A DNA stretch of 64,000 bases from Porphyridium purpureum. Taxonomy: Eukaryota. Within the stretch, counting starts at the first letter, position 1. The number at the start of each line of letters is the position of its first letter. Below are positions 10,760-22,600 of the stretch, piece by piece. The notes under the pieces are model-generated. The model was not told the DNA's origin. It worked only from the letters and a program-made list of their open reading frames with translations, and searched no databases. The stretch spans positions 3,038,001 to 3,102,000 of the forward strand of contig VRMN01000001.1 in assembly GCA_008690995.1 (NCBI GenBank). Reading direction: 5' to 3'. Position numbers and translations under genes: made by a program.

Positions 10760-12391
10760 TCATGCCACGTTACACGAGAAAATACCATTCGACCCAGTTG
10801 AGAAGGATGCGATGTTCACGTATGTTCCCGCAACCATGACCGTCACGGAGAGGATCACGAGCACTCCATTCAATAAAGTGAGGAACCATCGCTCTCGCAA
10901 CTTGTCCGCACGACGAGCACTGGCGAGCCAAAAGACACTCGGCAGCATGTATGTGAATTGCGTGGAGAACAAGCTGGAAATAACGCCTAGCAAACCATTG
11001 AATGTCGGAATCAATTGACTGATCACATATGCTAGCAGCCACACCAGAAACACCGAACCAATCCAGTAAACGCGGAACTGCCAGCTCACCGTCATGCTCT
11101 CCTCGCTCTTTTCAATTTTCTCGTGCTCCTGGTCGGCCACCACAACCTCTGCTTCTTGGTCTGTATCAGGCTCATTCGCCTCCTCGTCGTCGTCTTGGTC
11201 AGGGTGGCGCGCGTCAACGCTGCCAAGTGCTTGGTCCCAAAAAGCAATTTTTCCGATCGCACGCAGAAACTGGTGCGTGAAAACGTTGGCATCAATCACA
11301 CCGCCAATCAGTACGTTCGGAAGCAGAAATACCCATCCGCTGATCGCCCATCCCGAAGATGCAGGGATATCAAGAAGCGAGGGTGACATGGCGAGTGTGC
11401 CAGTATAGCAGTAAATGACCGAGCCAACAACTGAGTATGCGGCTACGGCGAACCCCTGTGCGGCGACAAGTGCCCGAGTCGCAAAGTGCTCCGGATTCTT
11501 CATCGAGGACATAAATTCGAAGAAAACCAGATGGCCAGCGTACGCGAAAATGATTGTGGTACAGGCGCTCAGCCCTTCAGAAAATGACGTGCCGGATGGT
11601 GGCAAGAAGGACGGCTGCTCATCCTCGCGGAGAGAATATCTGGTGGCCGAGACTCCGACAATATTGAAAATCATGGACATCACAATGCAAGCGAAGCTGA
11701 TTGCAGATAGCACTGAGACACCACGCATGCGCAGCGGGTAGCTAAGCAACGCACCGAGAATAGTGCCGACGAGGGCCATAACTGTAAAACAAACTTTGCC
11801 TTGTGCGAGCTCAAATATTGCGTCACCAGCACTGCGGCACGTGGCGGCCACGAAGAGAAAGAGTAGCAGGCACTGCTCGGCCTGCACGAATATACCCCAG
11901 CCCTTGCCGAAGCATATCGTCATTGCATCTCCGTAACTCTCCACCTTGTGGTCCATGCATGTCGCGTTATAGAACTCGTGCAGCAGATACCCTGTGTATG
12001 TAGCAACGATGCCCAGTCCAATTACCAAAATATTGCCTACCAGGTAACCCAGGACAGCAAAGTTTGATCCCATTGCCAGTACCCCGAGCGATACAGTTCC
12101 TGCGATAATTAAAGCGGTGGCAAAGATCCACGAAATGCCCTCCCGCTCATCTTTGACTGCAGTCTGGTCGAGCCGCCGGCCCGGCTCATTTTCATCCACC
12201 TGCGAACAAATGCGCGCATGCGCTTCGAAATCCGAGTCATCGAGCTCCGGATTTGTTGATACTCGCGAGTACTCGTGTCCTTTGCCTTTTGACGTCTTGA
12301 ATGTGTCTGCTGACCTCGCTGGTGATCCTGCAATTTCGCGTTCAACTCCTGCCCCACTTGTACTCGCCAGACGTTGTCGGGGTGCCTCCAT
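10760..12391 (-). CDS. Amino acid transporter (AAAP / Aa_trans, Mtr-like)
   Basis: Multiple hydrophobic TM segments. Motifs SLGVLAM, SYGDA and IFAYAGHLVFFEFMSSMKNPEHF. Confidence 0.9.
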   Translation of the reverse strand: MEAPRQRLASTSGAGVEREIAGSPARSADTFKTSKGKGHEYSRVSTNPELDDSDFEAHARICSQVDENEPGRRLDQTAVKDEREGISWIFATALIIAGTVSLGVLAMGSNFAVLGYLVGNILVIGLGIVATYTGYLLHEFYNATCMDHKVESYGDAMTICFGKGWGIFVQAEQCLLLFLFVAATCRSAGDAIFELAQGKVCFTVMALVGTILGALLSYPLRMRGVSVLSAISFACIVMSMIFNIVGVSATRYSLREDEQPSFLPPSGTSFSEGLSACTTIIFAYAGHLVFFEFMSSMKNPEHFATRALVAAQGFAVAAYSVVGSVIYCYTGTLAMSPSLLDIPASSGWAISGWVFLLPNVLIGGVIDANVFTHQFLRAIGKIAFWDQALGSVDARHPDQDDDEEANEPDTDQEAEVVVADQEHEKIEKSEESMTVSWQFRVYWIGSVFLVWLLAYVISQLIPTFNGLLGVISSLFSTQFTYMLPSVFWLASARRADKLRERWFLTLLNGVLVILSVTVMVAGTYVNIASFSTGSNGIFSCNVA

Positions 12392-14278
12392 TTCAACTTA
12401 CAATGTTCGGCAAAACCGCAAGCAGACGATCGTGTCAGCTCGAGCATTCATTGGTAACCCGGCGCAGACCCATATCCAGAGCTTCTTCCGGCGAGGATTT
12501 CAGCTGCATGCTATGCAAAGCACCTCCGCCACCCGCGCAGCCGGTCCAGTGTGGCTCATACGCGAACCATGCAATGCGCGCGCGTCACGCTTCGTCTTCT
12601 TCGACGTCGCTAGAGATTGCCGCGTTGCTTTCAATCAAGTACAGCTGCGCGGTACTGCAGATAGGTACAGCGGGGGCAGCGACAGAACATCGGGCACGAG
12701 TGTGCGCGCGAGATTTCCTGTGGCTTGTAGGTGACAAGCACCACGTGAGCACCATGGTTCGAAACACGGTCTGGGTGGGCACCGCACAAGGACTTGCGCG
12801 TCGTGTAACTGTTCCGAGAAGAAAATCACATCCTCAAAATGTAGTTTCAACGTACACACGTCAGGCAATAATTGGTTTTTCAAGCACTTGAACGTTTACG
12901 GCAACATCTACAGATACCGCAAAAGAATGTGCATCGATCCGAGCGCAAAAGAAAGAAAAAAAAAAAAAAAAAAAAACACGGCAAACGCACAGCGCAGTCC
13001 TAGAGGTTGCTCCGCTCAGCAAAAGGACCTCGACCCCGGTAGACTTGAACTTCATCGCTCACGCCGAAGGTGCTGCAGTATGACGGCAAGACAAGACCGG
13101 TCACGAGCTCCATCAGGTCGACGCCTGTAACCGAAATCAAATCCCCGGTGATGAAGATCTCAACGTGGAGATCAGGTGCTTCCTCACGCCTCGCTGCTGG
13201 TCTATAGCTGCGGTTAATACTGCGACCCAGAACAGCGGCCGGCGCCTGTGACGAACAAGGAAGGGTCTTCATTAGAGTAACCGTTTTGCAAGCGAAGGCA
13301 ACAAGTTTCTCTATCGGTTCTGCCCCTTTGACGCGTCGAGATGCCAGAAAGACCGCGGACGTTGCCTTATCGTAAACAAATACAATCGGCTTTACGTCAA
13401 GGTTGCTTACCAAGTAAGCAGCGACGGCGCTCGTCAGGGCCAAAGTCCAACGTACTGCTGTCGCGATTGACCAGCATCCAGAGATCTAAATGCCAAAATA
13501 CAGATCACCAAAGATGCATGCGAGAACCTCTAAGAAAGAAGTACTAGCTGAAATGACAAGAGAATCTGTCGTGGTCCTTTCGACTGTGACTTTCAAGCCA
13601 CGCGTCAATGCTGGTCAGATTTTGTGCCTTTAATGCGACCTTCAGGACCGGCTTCGTACTTCTCGACTGCAGAAGAGCTCGGCTCGGCAGTCATCATTCC
13701 GACCAAGTCGCCCAGGTATCTGAGATGGCTTTGCTTGTACCCGTGGCCGTATGTGAAAGCAATATGGCCATCCATACGTACAGGACCCCGTGGGACACAT
13801 CCTCAAGCATCACACCATGCAATACCGCTGCCCATCGTGGACACTGATGTCGCCAAGCGATCTCCCGGCGCACTTGCGCCACTAACCGGCTCAAACGGTT
13901 CAACTGGTTTCACGTTAACTACTTACACTGCAAATCCGCGGCTCCAAGCAACTGCGACAGGGGGCGATTCGCGGACGGTCTACGTTAGCGAAGGAGGAAG
14001 GAGAAGAAGTGTCGTGGTTCATGCTGCGTTCCGCACCACGCCCTTTTGTGCATTGACTAGCGCGGTCCACTACTTCTGCCGGCTACTTTCTCGCAGACAT
14101 ATCGCTGGTTCGCGCGGCTCGCTTCGTGACTCACAAGCATTGGGGGACACCGCACTTGCGCGTGAGCATTAGCATTAGTTTATGCATGAGTACAAGCATG
14201 AGCGTGAGCATGAGCATAAGCATCAGCAAGCGTGCGCGCACTCGTGCACAACGGAGTTTGTCTACAGCATGTAAGAGC

Positions 14279-15817
14279 ATGATACCGCGTCCGCATGCAC
14301 CTTTGGTTGTCCTTATGCTTGTGCTTTTGACTCTCTGCCTGGGCCCGCTGAACGGCGTCTGCTCTGCCGCCGAGTTGACGCAAAGCTCAAAGGTGTCTGT
14401 GGCGCCGAGAATTGTGAATGGACAAGTCGCTGAGCTCGGAGAGTACCCATGGTTTGCGCACATAAGGATGGGTGGGTTGGTGTGCGGCGGTATGCTGGTT
14501 TCCTCGACTTTCGCCGTGACCGCGGCGCACTGCATACCGTCAAACGCGAACCGATTTCTGAACGTAGAGGTTTTTTACAACTCGACGGACGCGTTGAGGG
14601 GTCCGAAAGCTGAAGGCGCGATGATTTATGTACACCCGGAATACGATGAAGTCACTCGGCGTTTTGACGTTGCCATAATTCGGCTTGTCGAGCCCGTGGA
14701 TTTGCCCGCGTACCCAAGGCTGTTTGGCCTCGATGCACAGAGGAGCAATATCCAAGGACGAGTGACCACCACCATTGGATTTGGCGCGCTGCGTTTCGGT
14801 GGCCCGATCGCCGACACGCTCATGAAGACCGAAATATACGTGCAGAGAGCCGCCGTCTGCAATAACCTCTTCATCGGAACTTTTGACTCCGAAACCATGA
14901 TTTGTGCTGGTTTTGAGCCCGGCCCACCAACCGACTCGTGCCAGGGCGATAGTGGTGGCCCTCTGATGCTTGGAAACAGTACGGTCGAAAGCATAGAGAA
15001 TCCTGTAATTGTCGGTATTGTTTCGTTTGGTGTTGGCTGCGCAAGTTTACAATACCCCGCGGCGGCGTACAGCCGTGTGAGCGCGTTTTCCAGATTTCTT
15101 GGATGCGTCATGGGCAGAGACGGATTCGGCGGCTGCGCGGATGAGTTCCCGCCTCGACTACAACTTGTAGCCGCTGATTCCCCACAGTCGTCTGCACCGT
15201 CCCCCGAACCAAGCGCGACAGACGACTCTGGCATCCGCGATTCTGAGCCCAATGCAGCTTGCTTTCCTGCCTTTGCCTCGGTCGAGCTCGTCGATGGCTC
15301 GCGCAAGCGAATGGACCAAGTCATACTGGGTGATGTTGTGCGCGTCTCAGCGACCGAGTTTAGCCCCGTGGTCTTCTGGGGGCATCGGGACCCGAGCCGC
15401 GTGCACAACGATTTTGTCCGTATCAAGGTGGAAGACACGAGCGAGGCAGTCCTGGTAGTTTCAGCAGACCACTTGGTGTACGCGAATAATGCGCTGATAT
15501 TAGCACGTGCTGTCAATACGGATGATTTTGTGATGACGGCGAGCGGTGAATGGAAGCGCGTCGCTCAAGTCGAGCGCCGCGTTCGTGGGCGTGGCCTCTT
15601 TAATCCGCACACGGCCAAGGGTGACATTGTGGTGGATGGCTACGTGACATCGTGCTATACGGAGTGGCTCCATGCGGTGACCGGACATGCTATGCTGGCC
15701 TTTGCGCGCCTGCTATGGCGCACGTGCGGTCTCGACTTGACTATCGGGGTCATGGAGCTCAATTCCGTGCCCCGTGCGCTCCTGCATGTCGCGCGCATTC
15801 TTCACTTCAGCGCTTGA
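14279..15817 (+). CDS. Secreted trypsin-like (S1A) serine protease fused to a C-terminal Hedgehog-type Hint (Hog) domain
   Basis: Signal peptide from ATG 14279 (upstream in-frame ATGs exist). Activation site R|IVNG. Triad TAAHC / FDVAII / DSCQGDSGGP. Hint begins at A|CFP (15260) with SADH and GLFNPHTAKGDIVVDGYVTSCY. Confidence 0.9.
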   Translation: MIPRPHAPLVVLMLVLLTLCLGPLNGVCSAAELTQSSKVSVAPRIVNGQVAELGEYPWFAHIRMGGLVCGGMLVSSTFAVTAAHCIPSNANRFLNVEVFYNSTDALRGPKAEGAMIYVHPEYDEVTRRFDVAIIRLVEPVDLPAYPRLFGLDAQRSNIQGRVTTTIGFGALRFGGPIADTLMKTEIYVQRAAVCNNLFIGTFDSETMICAGFEPGPPTDSCQGDSGGPLMLGNSTVESIENPVIVGIVSFGVGCASLQYPAAAYSRVSAFSRFLGCVMGRDGFGGCADEFPPRLQLVAADSPQSSAPSPEPSATDDSGIRDSEPNAACFPAFASVELVDGSRKRMDQVILGDVVRVSATEFSPVVFWGHRDPSRVHNDFVRIKVEDTSEAVLVVSADHLVYANNALILARAVNTDDFVMTASGEWKRVAQVERRVRGRGLFNPHTAKGDIVVDGYVTSCYTEWLHAVTGHAMLAFARLLWRTCGLDLTIGVMELNSVPRALLHVARILHFSA

Positions 15818-15820
15818 ACG

Positions 15821-15870
15821 TGGACGCCCGGACGCCCGGACGCTCGGACGCTCGGACGCTTTGACGCCCA
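15821..15870 (+). repeat. 8-bp tandem repeat (GGACGCYC) x5-6 in the 3' UTR
   Basis: ggacgcccggacgcccggacgctcggacgctcggacgctttgacgccc. Confidence 0.85.
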
Positions 15871-16215
15871 CACTTTCTAGTGTGGCACTTTCAAATTTTC
15901 GTCTCCAAAGCACTGTTCAATAAATACGAGGCCGCCGCCGCTTGTCTATGAAGTCATGATCTGCACAAAAGCAGCGCATCGACCGCGCGGCAAAAACGGT
16001 GCAGGAAGTCGAAAATCACGTTTGCTAAACCTGGGGACTGTCGAGGCGGCTGACCTCGTCCTCAGGATGGCTTGCCAGGGATATGAAGGCCCGAGGGGCG
16101 CTCAGTGGTATGAGAATCTGAATACGATTCGAATGTTTACGTCATCTTATCTCCAACCCATGCCTCACAGATGGGCTGGTGCAGAATGAACTTAACTTAG
16201 ATGTAGCAGTATTCC

Positions 16216-16992
16216 TCATTGCAAACCCTTTCTGCCGCGCTTGCCTGAATAAAACCCGCCATCGACTCTCCAGTTGTACTTGCTCCCGCTCTTCTGCTTC
16301 AGCTCCTCCATCTTCCCACCAGCAAAGTCCTTCACACGTCGCGGCTCAAACGCAGCCTCATTTGCTTCTGCTGCAGACGGAGCCAAATCCGATGAACCAC
16401 CCAGTATGATTGGCCGCACATCAAGGATGCGTCCTTGTACCGTGACCACATCTTTCTTGAGCACGACCATGCGCTCCCCGTCCGTGCACGGCGTATCATT
16501 CACAAGGACACTTCCGGCCCGTATGAGAAGCTTGCAGGTCTCTGTGGATGCAGTGTTAGTCAGGCACAGCAATTTGAACAGCGTCGTGGACTGCCGTGGC
16601 TTCAACTCGTTACCCTTCACCACCTCCGGCTCCGCTTGCGGGGGCCGTGTCGCCCTACCCCGCGGTTTCAGAAGACGCGCCGGTCGAGCACCCTCCAAGG
16701 CCACCCACCGCGACGCACCGCCGACGTCCTCTCGCCGCTCGCGCGGTCGCGCCTGGTCCTTGCTCCTTCGTGAACCGCGCTCTGTCTTGCCGTCTTCCAC
16801 ATTTGCAAGCCCACCTGTCTCCACCCGCCTAGTAGACTGGCGAGGCGGTTTTGGCTGTCGCGCACGGCGGTCAGATGCCGCGCCGCCTTGTTCCCTTGCG
16901 GACTGCGCACACATACACACCGAACCGAGCCGTTCGGTGCGACTTCCCAACGGAAGCGCAAGACGTCCCACAAAGGCAGGTTCTGGTTTCAT
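16216..16992 (-). CDS. S4-like RNA-binding domain protein, probably organelle targeted
   Basis: LFKLL..STETCKLLIRAGSVLVND..DVVTVQG resembles an S4 domain. The N-terminus (PAFVG...) resembles a transit peptide. Confidence 0.65.
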   Translation of the reverse strand: MKPEPAFVGRLALPLGSRTERLGSVCMCAQSAREQGGAASDRRARQPKPPRQSTRRVETGGLANVEDGKTERGSRRSKDQARPRERREDVGGASRWVALEGARPARLLKPRGRATRPPQAEPEVVKGNELKPRQSTTLFKLLCLTNTASTETCKLLIRAGSVLVNDTPCTDGERMVVLKKDVVTVQGRILDVRPIILGGSSDLAPSAAEANEAAFEPRRVKDFAGGKMEELKQKSGSKYNWRVDGGFYSGKRGRKGLQ

Positions 16993-17607
16993 CGTCCTCT
17001 TACTCTAGCGTTCCTTTACATCCGCCGCCCTTCTTCAGCTCGTTGCCTCGCTCGCCACACCGTCCGAGTCGTTCTTTCATCCGGCCGTTCCGGCGAGTCC
17101 AACCGCAGTTGTCCACGCAAGCTGTACTTACTGAACCTACACTGTGCTTCCTGTCCAGTGTACTTCACGTACAGTTCCCGCAGGGACTGACTTGGTTCTG
17201 CCGGACCACTTGCTTCGTCCGACCCATTTGCGTTCGCGCACGTTGCTGCCATGGTTGCTCTGCGTCCGCGCCACGTCGTGCTGGCGCAGTTGCGAACATG
17301 GCTGCTCGTCTTGCAACCATAGCACTGGTGCGCGTTTGAGCTGCTTTTTATCTGGGCGAGCAAACCCGTCTTTTTATCCTCGCGCGTTTTGTTGCCGAAC
17401 AAGGACCTCCCGATAAAGTCTCGAAGTGGGGCAAGCACAGGCAGTATAAATTGAGGCTCGCTTGTATTCTGTCAAGCGAGCTGATGGGGCGTGGCTAGAA
17501 GTCGAGAGCCTGTATCAGAGTCAAGGGTCCAAGTTCACATGCAACGCGACCGAGTGGACAAGGAACAGCATTCAACGAGCCCATTCTTTGCAAGAAACCC
17601 GGGAACC

Positions 17608-17946
17608 ATGTTATACCCAAGCCGCGTTTTCCTGGTGGTCTCCATGGTTGCCGTTTGCATGGTGCTAGCACGTGGAAGCGAGGCGTTCGACACGCCGTAC
17701 TTGGCGCCGCAGCCGTACGTCAGCCAACCGCCCGCTCACACATATGACCAGCATCCTGATATTCCATATGTCATTGGCAAGGAGTATCCGGACTTCAAAG
17801 CGATGACTTACACCCGCACGCGCCTGTGCTGCACGACAGGATGTGATTTCAAGGGCGCATATGATGACCCCACTATCGAAGCCAAGTGCTCAGAATGGAA
17901 GAAGGACGACGGCGAGTACGACAGCGATAACGATGCCTTCATGTAG
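17608..17946 (+). CDS. Small secreted protein (112 aa)
   Basis: Signal peptide MLYPSRVFLVVSMVAVCMVLARGSEA, a Pro/Tyr-rich N-part and 4 Cys. A TATAAA lies near 17445. Confidence 0.65.
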   Translation: MLYPSRVFLVVSMVAVCMVLARGSEAFDTPYLAPQPYVSQPPAHTYDQHPDIPYVIGKEYPDFKAMTYTRTRLCCTTGCDFKGAYDDPTIEAKCSEWKKDDGEYDSDNDAFM

Positions 17947-18149
17947 ATCCATCTGCGGTGACCCCTTTTGTCTGTCATGAATGCAGTTCCATGTCGCGGC
18001 TGGAAATCTGCTGGCTCGGTCATTCGTCGAGACGTCCGAAATTGAGTCTAGGAACGTGTTTCTGTCGGGCTGCTTTTGGCTAGCCCCGGCTAGACGTCGA
18101 AGAAAGTTGTCTGAATGAGAAAAGTAAATGACTTTTTTCAATACAGCCG

Positions 18150-19532
18150 CTACAACACCTTCACTTCGGCAAGAATATGAGCGATTGGGATAATCATTGC
18201 GCCAGGGAATCTCCCCAGTGTTCCGTGCTGCCCAATTGAAATTTCGTCGTACCCGCGGACTTCATTCGCGCGCTCGCAACTATTAGTAGCATGATGTCTG
18301 ACCCCACTGCCAATTTGTTTCTCGCTGTCGGCTATCCAGCGAAAGGCATCAAAAGTTACTGGGCTTGAGCCTAAGACGGAGGCAATCACAGGCACAGGTT
18401 CACAGCTGTGGTCGCCATATTCAACAGGAGTCGAATGATCGCCTAGAACAATCAACCCAAACGGGGCTTTGAGGTGCTCCATCCCGGTGATAATCTGGCC
18501 CAACATGTTGTCAATTTTTTCGAGCCACTCGACGCGCCTGGCACGATCTCTATCGTGACCAGCGTCGTCAACAGCTTTGATGTGCAAAACGCCAAAGTCA
18601 AACTGCCCAGACGAGAGATGTTCAACAGTGGCACGACCTTTTGCCGAAAGGTCAGTAAAGTAGTCCCCAGTCGCACCAGGAACGTCCACAATGTGCATGT
18701 CCAGCGTCAAGCCGAGTCCAGCAATAATCTTCGTGGGAGCAATCATGAACGTCCGCATACCGTGCAGCTCGTGGAATGACGGAACATCCAGACGCATCCC
18801 CGCACCCCGCAATAGCACTGCGTTTGCCGGCGGCAAGCCACGCTGCTTGCGATCCACGTTAATAGGGTGCTCTGAAAGCACATCCATGAAGCACGCCGAT
18901 AGCTCGTTCACAATTGCACTGGTTCGCCGCGCCGCGCCATCCGTATCGGCGTCGGGCAAGGGTTTGCACCGCTTCAGTGGCCGGTCATCGAGCAATGGGT
19001 CGGTTCCTGAGATACGATCAGATAGCCCTGGCGCCCGTATCATGACTCCACATCGGTGCTCTGTGGCGTATTGCACAGTGACCTCTACCTCTGGGAAATT
19101 AGGTAACCTCGTGCCGTCCAACGCCGCGCACAAGTCAGGTCCCATGCCTTCAAAGTTTCTGTCCGCGCGGCGGCGCACTACCGTCCACCCACTGCTGCTG
19201 TTGTCGCTGTTGTTGCCGTCCAAGGCGCTGCTCCGCGCCACAGTTGCAAAGTTGGACTTGAACGCTACATCACCCGGGCGCATGTCGATCCCGGCGCCCA
19301 TCGACTCAAACGCACCCCTGCCACGATAAAAGCGCCGTGGTTCAATGCCAAACATCGCCATGTGTGCCGTGTCCGAGCCGCAAGCCAAGCCCGGATGCAC
19401 AGGATCCATCAAGCCGGTCGCCCCTGTCCGGGCCGCGGCGTCCAAATGCGGTACATAAGCAGACTGCAGCGGCGTTTCGGGACCAGCGTCCCCGACGCCG
19501 TCGATCACAAGTAGCAGCACAGGACGCCGCAT
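18150..19532 (-). CDS. apgM: 2,3-bisphosphoglycerate-independent phosphoglycerate mutase, archaeal (ApgM) type
   Basis: IDGVGD, TPLQ, GSDTAHMAMFG, YRGRGAFESMGAG, HIKAVDDAGHD and GDHSTP..GDHSCEPVP motifs. Confidence 0.92.
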   Translation of the reverse strand: MRRPVLLLVIDGVGDAGPETPLQSAYVPHLDAAARTGATGLMDPVHPGLACGSDTAHMAMFGIEPRRFYRGRGAFESMGAGIDMRPGDVAFKSNFATVARSSALDGNNSDNSSSGWTVVRRRADRNFEGMGPDLCAALDGTRLPNFPEVEVTVQYATEHRCGVMIRAPGLSDRISGTDPLLDDRPLKRCKPLPDADTDGAARRTSAIVNELSACFMDVLSEHPINVDRKQRGLPPANAVLLRGAGMRLDVPSFHELHGMRTFMIAPTKIIAGLGLTLDMHIVDVPGATGDYFTDLSAKGRATVEHLSSGQFDFGVLHIKAVDDAGHDRDRARRVEWLEKIDNMLGQIITGMEHLKAPFGLIVLGDHSTPVEYGDHSCEPVPVIASVLGSSPVTFDAFRWIADSEKQIGSGVRHHATNSCERANEVRGYDEISIGQHGTLGRFPGAMIIPIAHILAEVKVL

Positions 19533-19651
19533 TGTCTAGCCCGACAGGACAGTCGCGTCAGAGATTTCAACGTGGCCTCTATGACAACAAATGCACTGGC
19601 ACGGAGAGATAGTCTGGAATTACATTTATTGCATATGTGCTGTTTATCGCG

Positions 19652-22600
19652 TCACACACCATACGCGTGCTGCAGAGGCACGCGTGCGTTTGCCAGCTGC
19701 TCGACCTCAGCGATTGCTTCCGCGATATCCTCGAGCATGAAAGAAGAGTCAAACTTCACGTTCGGAGTGTGGATTTGTGCCTTGGCGTACCGAAAGTGTG
19801 CCAGATATCCCTTCTTCGGATTGAAGTACGTTTCGCGACACCGATCTGACTTGAACTTGAAAGCACCGTGCTGATTCGAGTAAAATGTCGTCTCGTTCGC
19901 GAGAAAGAGCGCTTTGCTTGAGCCGCGGTCCCGGTATGTAATGGGCAGCACCCGGCGATACTGGAATTGTTGAACGACGCTCTTCCAGGCCACTCGCTCC
20001 CATTCTGGCGAAGCGTTTGGCGCGGAGTGTTCAGCGACCCAGGACATGCCACTGCTACTGGCATTTCCACCGGGTAGCAACTCAAAGTGCCACCACCGCA
20101 TGCGCACTTGACAGATGTCCTCATATTTGGATGAACGCCAGCGATTCAGAAGTATCTCCAGTGGCGTGCTAAAATTCGTCGGAAGCAGACCATGGCCGGT
20201 AGTATTCTGCGTCAAGCCTTCCGCATTCAAGTCGTCTGAAGTGACACCGGAAGTGGCTCTCTTCTTCTTGCTCTTCTTCAATGACCTTTCCATGACCTTT
20301 TTGTCGAGGAAGACAAATTCGTCCACGTCAAGTACCATCATCACGTCATGAAACTTGGCATAGCGATCGATATGCGTTGAAAACACCACGCGCTGGTGAT
20401 CGCGCATGCGCGCGATGAGGTCTGGTACGGGCGGTAACAAGCGCATCCACGGTTCAGGTTTCTCCTTCAAAATGCGGTTTCGTCGCGTTGGGATGATCCT
20501 CACGCGGCCAGTGGCAACAAATGTGCTCAAGGAGGCTCGAACTTGGGTGGTATCCATGCCGTCCACGTACACTGTGAAGCTATCGAATCCAAAGTGCCAA
20601 TGGTAAGCCAGCCATTCGGGCAGTCGCTCTAGCGACGATGGCTGGTGCAAGCCCTCCGGTGTGCGTAGCGAATACTCTGGGTCCACCATTGTGACCAATG
20701 CGTTGGTTTTCGAAGCGTTCCCTTCTCCTGGCGGCAGAATGTCAAGCGCAGGATCCCACTCGCACAGCCCACCTAGCTCGAAGCCGAACGTGGGTGAAAA
20801 AACTTTCAAGTTGGACTCTGTTTCTCCGAGCATCCTTTGGTTCTGCTGAGCAATAAAAAGATTTGCATTCTCTAGAACTGGAAACACCTTGCTTCGCGCT
20901 GCATACTGCGGCGAGCCGAGTCGAGTGTGATTCTTCGCGGATGGCACCTGCGCCAAAAAGGAGTCGCAATGATATCCATACAATGTTTCATACCGAACTT
21001 CCCAAGTCGATTCACCGATGTAATCGCGTGGTGGAGGGTCTACATGGCATGCAACCGACTCCCCGTTTCCTAATCTGAACCGGAAAGGAATACCCTGGTT
21101 CAGGAAAGAGAATGCACTTGGCTCAAACGGGCCGCGGTACTTGACCAAGAAATGAATCGAAAAACGCTGCCAGCCCAAAGCGATCTCGTCGTCACTCTCG
21201 TGATTCCCATCCACTCCGACCAAATACGCATCGAGAAGAAACACCTGTCGTGCCTCGAAAGCATTTTGATTGGAAATTTCGAGCTCCGAGGACGGGGGTC
21301 CCGTCCCCCAGCTCAATAAGGGCGCTAGCTGCGCGAATTTAATCGCACCTGCGCAAGATGCCTCATCCGTCGACGCGACCGCCACACGAATGTTCGTGTC
21401 GGCAAAAATGCGATAATGCCGCTTTGTCGACAGCTTGTCGCGAGTCTGAAACGGGTCACGAATACGAGCCACCATGGAATCTTCACCTTCTGCGCTGTGG
21501 ACGCTTTTGCGCACATCCAACTCGGCAGGCGCGCCGCCAATAATACCATATTTAGCGAGCTGTAGCTGCGTCTGAAAGGCAAAGTTCATCAACTCACGAC
21601 GCGAGCTTGCTCCGTCTAGCGGTTGGCTCCTGCAATGCGAGCGCGGGAGCTTTTCACGGTTGAAGCGTGCAAGAAAGGCATTTGAAATCGAGCGCGGCGA
21701 GAGCAAGTCTTCTTCAAGATGCTCACGAGAGCAATTCGTACGAAGCACGCTGTATGCGGCCTGCCGCTTAGGGTATCGGCTCGTTTCACCATGTACCTCA
21801 TTCGCGATGGCGGAATCACATCGCTGACTTGTGTACAAATTGATCAATAGATCCTCCGAAACGAGCGGGCGGGAACCGGGATGCAGCTCCACGAGGCCCA
21901 GACCATATGCACATGGTTGGGCCTCTGTCTGCAGGGGAGGGAATACGGCCTGAAGTGGAGTGCTCACGTTCTGCTGGGCAACCAAGGCTTCACTGAAAGC
22001 AAGATACTCGTCAGGGCTGGCAAATAAAACGTATGACTCCATTTCGCGATATCGCTCAGCATGTAGCGCAAACACCAGTTTTCGGTGCTGCAAAATCGTG
22101 CTGCCAGGTAGGCGCGTCGTTGACACACATCGGGCCACGCCGTTTCCTGAAAATGGCCGCAGCTGCTCGCGGAGCGCGCTAGGACAGTCTCCATCCACGT
22201 ACAACGTCACAAAGTCAAAACCCACAGTGAGATGGTACCCAATCCATTGAAGTATGTGTTGAGTAGACAAAAACTGCTCCTTTTCTCTGTCAGCACCCTG
22301 TTCATCACTGCCCACGGCCCAATCCAAGTCTGGCTGCGCAACCATAGCAGCAAGAGAGTGTGTAGCAGAAGTCGGCGCTTGAATCGCTCCATCTATGACA
22401 GCGTCCCACGCACACACATGCAAAGGAATCATGCGCTGCTCTAGGCTTGGGCCTGCTCCGTCCCGGGCTGTCACGCGTAAGCTGACATCTACTGCGCCAG
22501 CTTTACTCGTCGACTCATTGACGAGCTCGCTTTCGATGCCGCCGCATGAATACCACAGCAATGCAATTCCTTCCGTAGAGTCCCGTGAAGACTCCGTACC

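Noticed and set aside
13000..13900. Possible decayed gene on the minus strand (147-aa ORF plus fragments, followed by an A-run at about 12956-12976)
   Set aside because: No ATG-led long ORF or recognisable motif and no TSD. A retrocopy or pseudogene cannot be supported without a translated search.
14162..14230. Hexamer repeat (GAGCAT-like) encoding an N-terminal extension of the protease
   Set aside because: Low-complexity sequence ahead of a good signal peptide at 14279. More likely 5' UTR, though an upstream start is not excluded.
15260..15817. Hint domain as a true intein or homing element
   Set aside because: No C-terminal His-Asn plus nucleophile and no endonuclease. It is C-terminal Hog-type.
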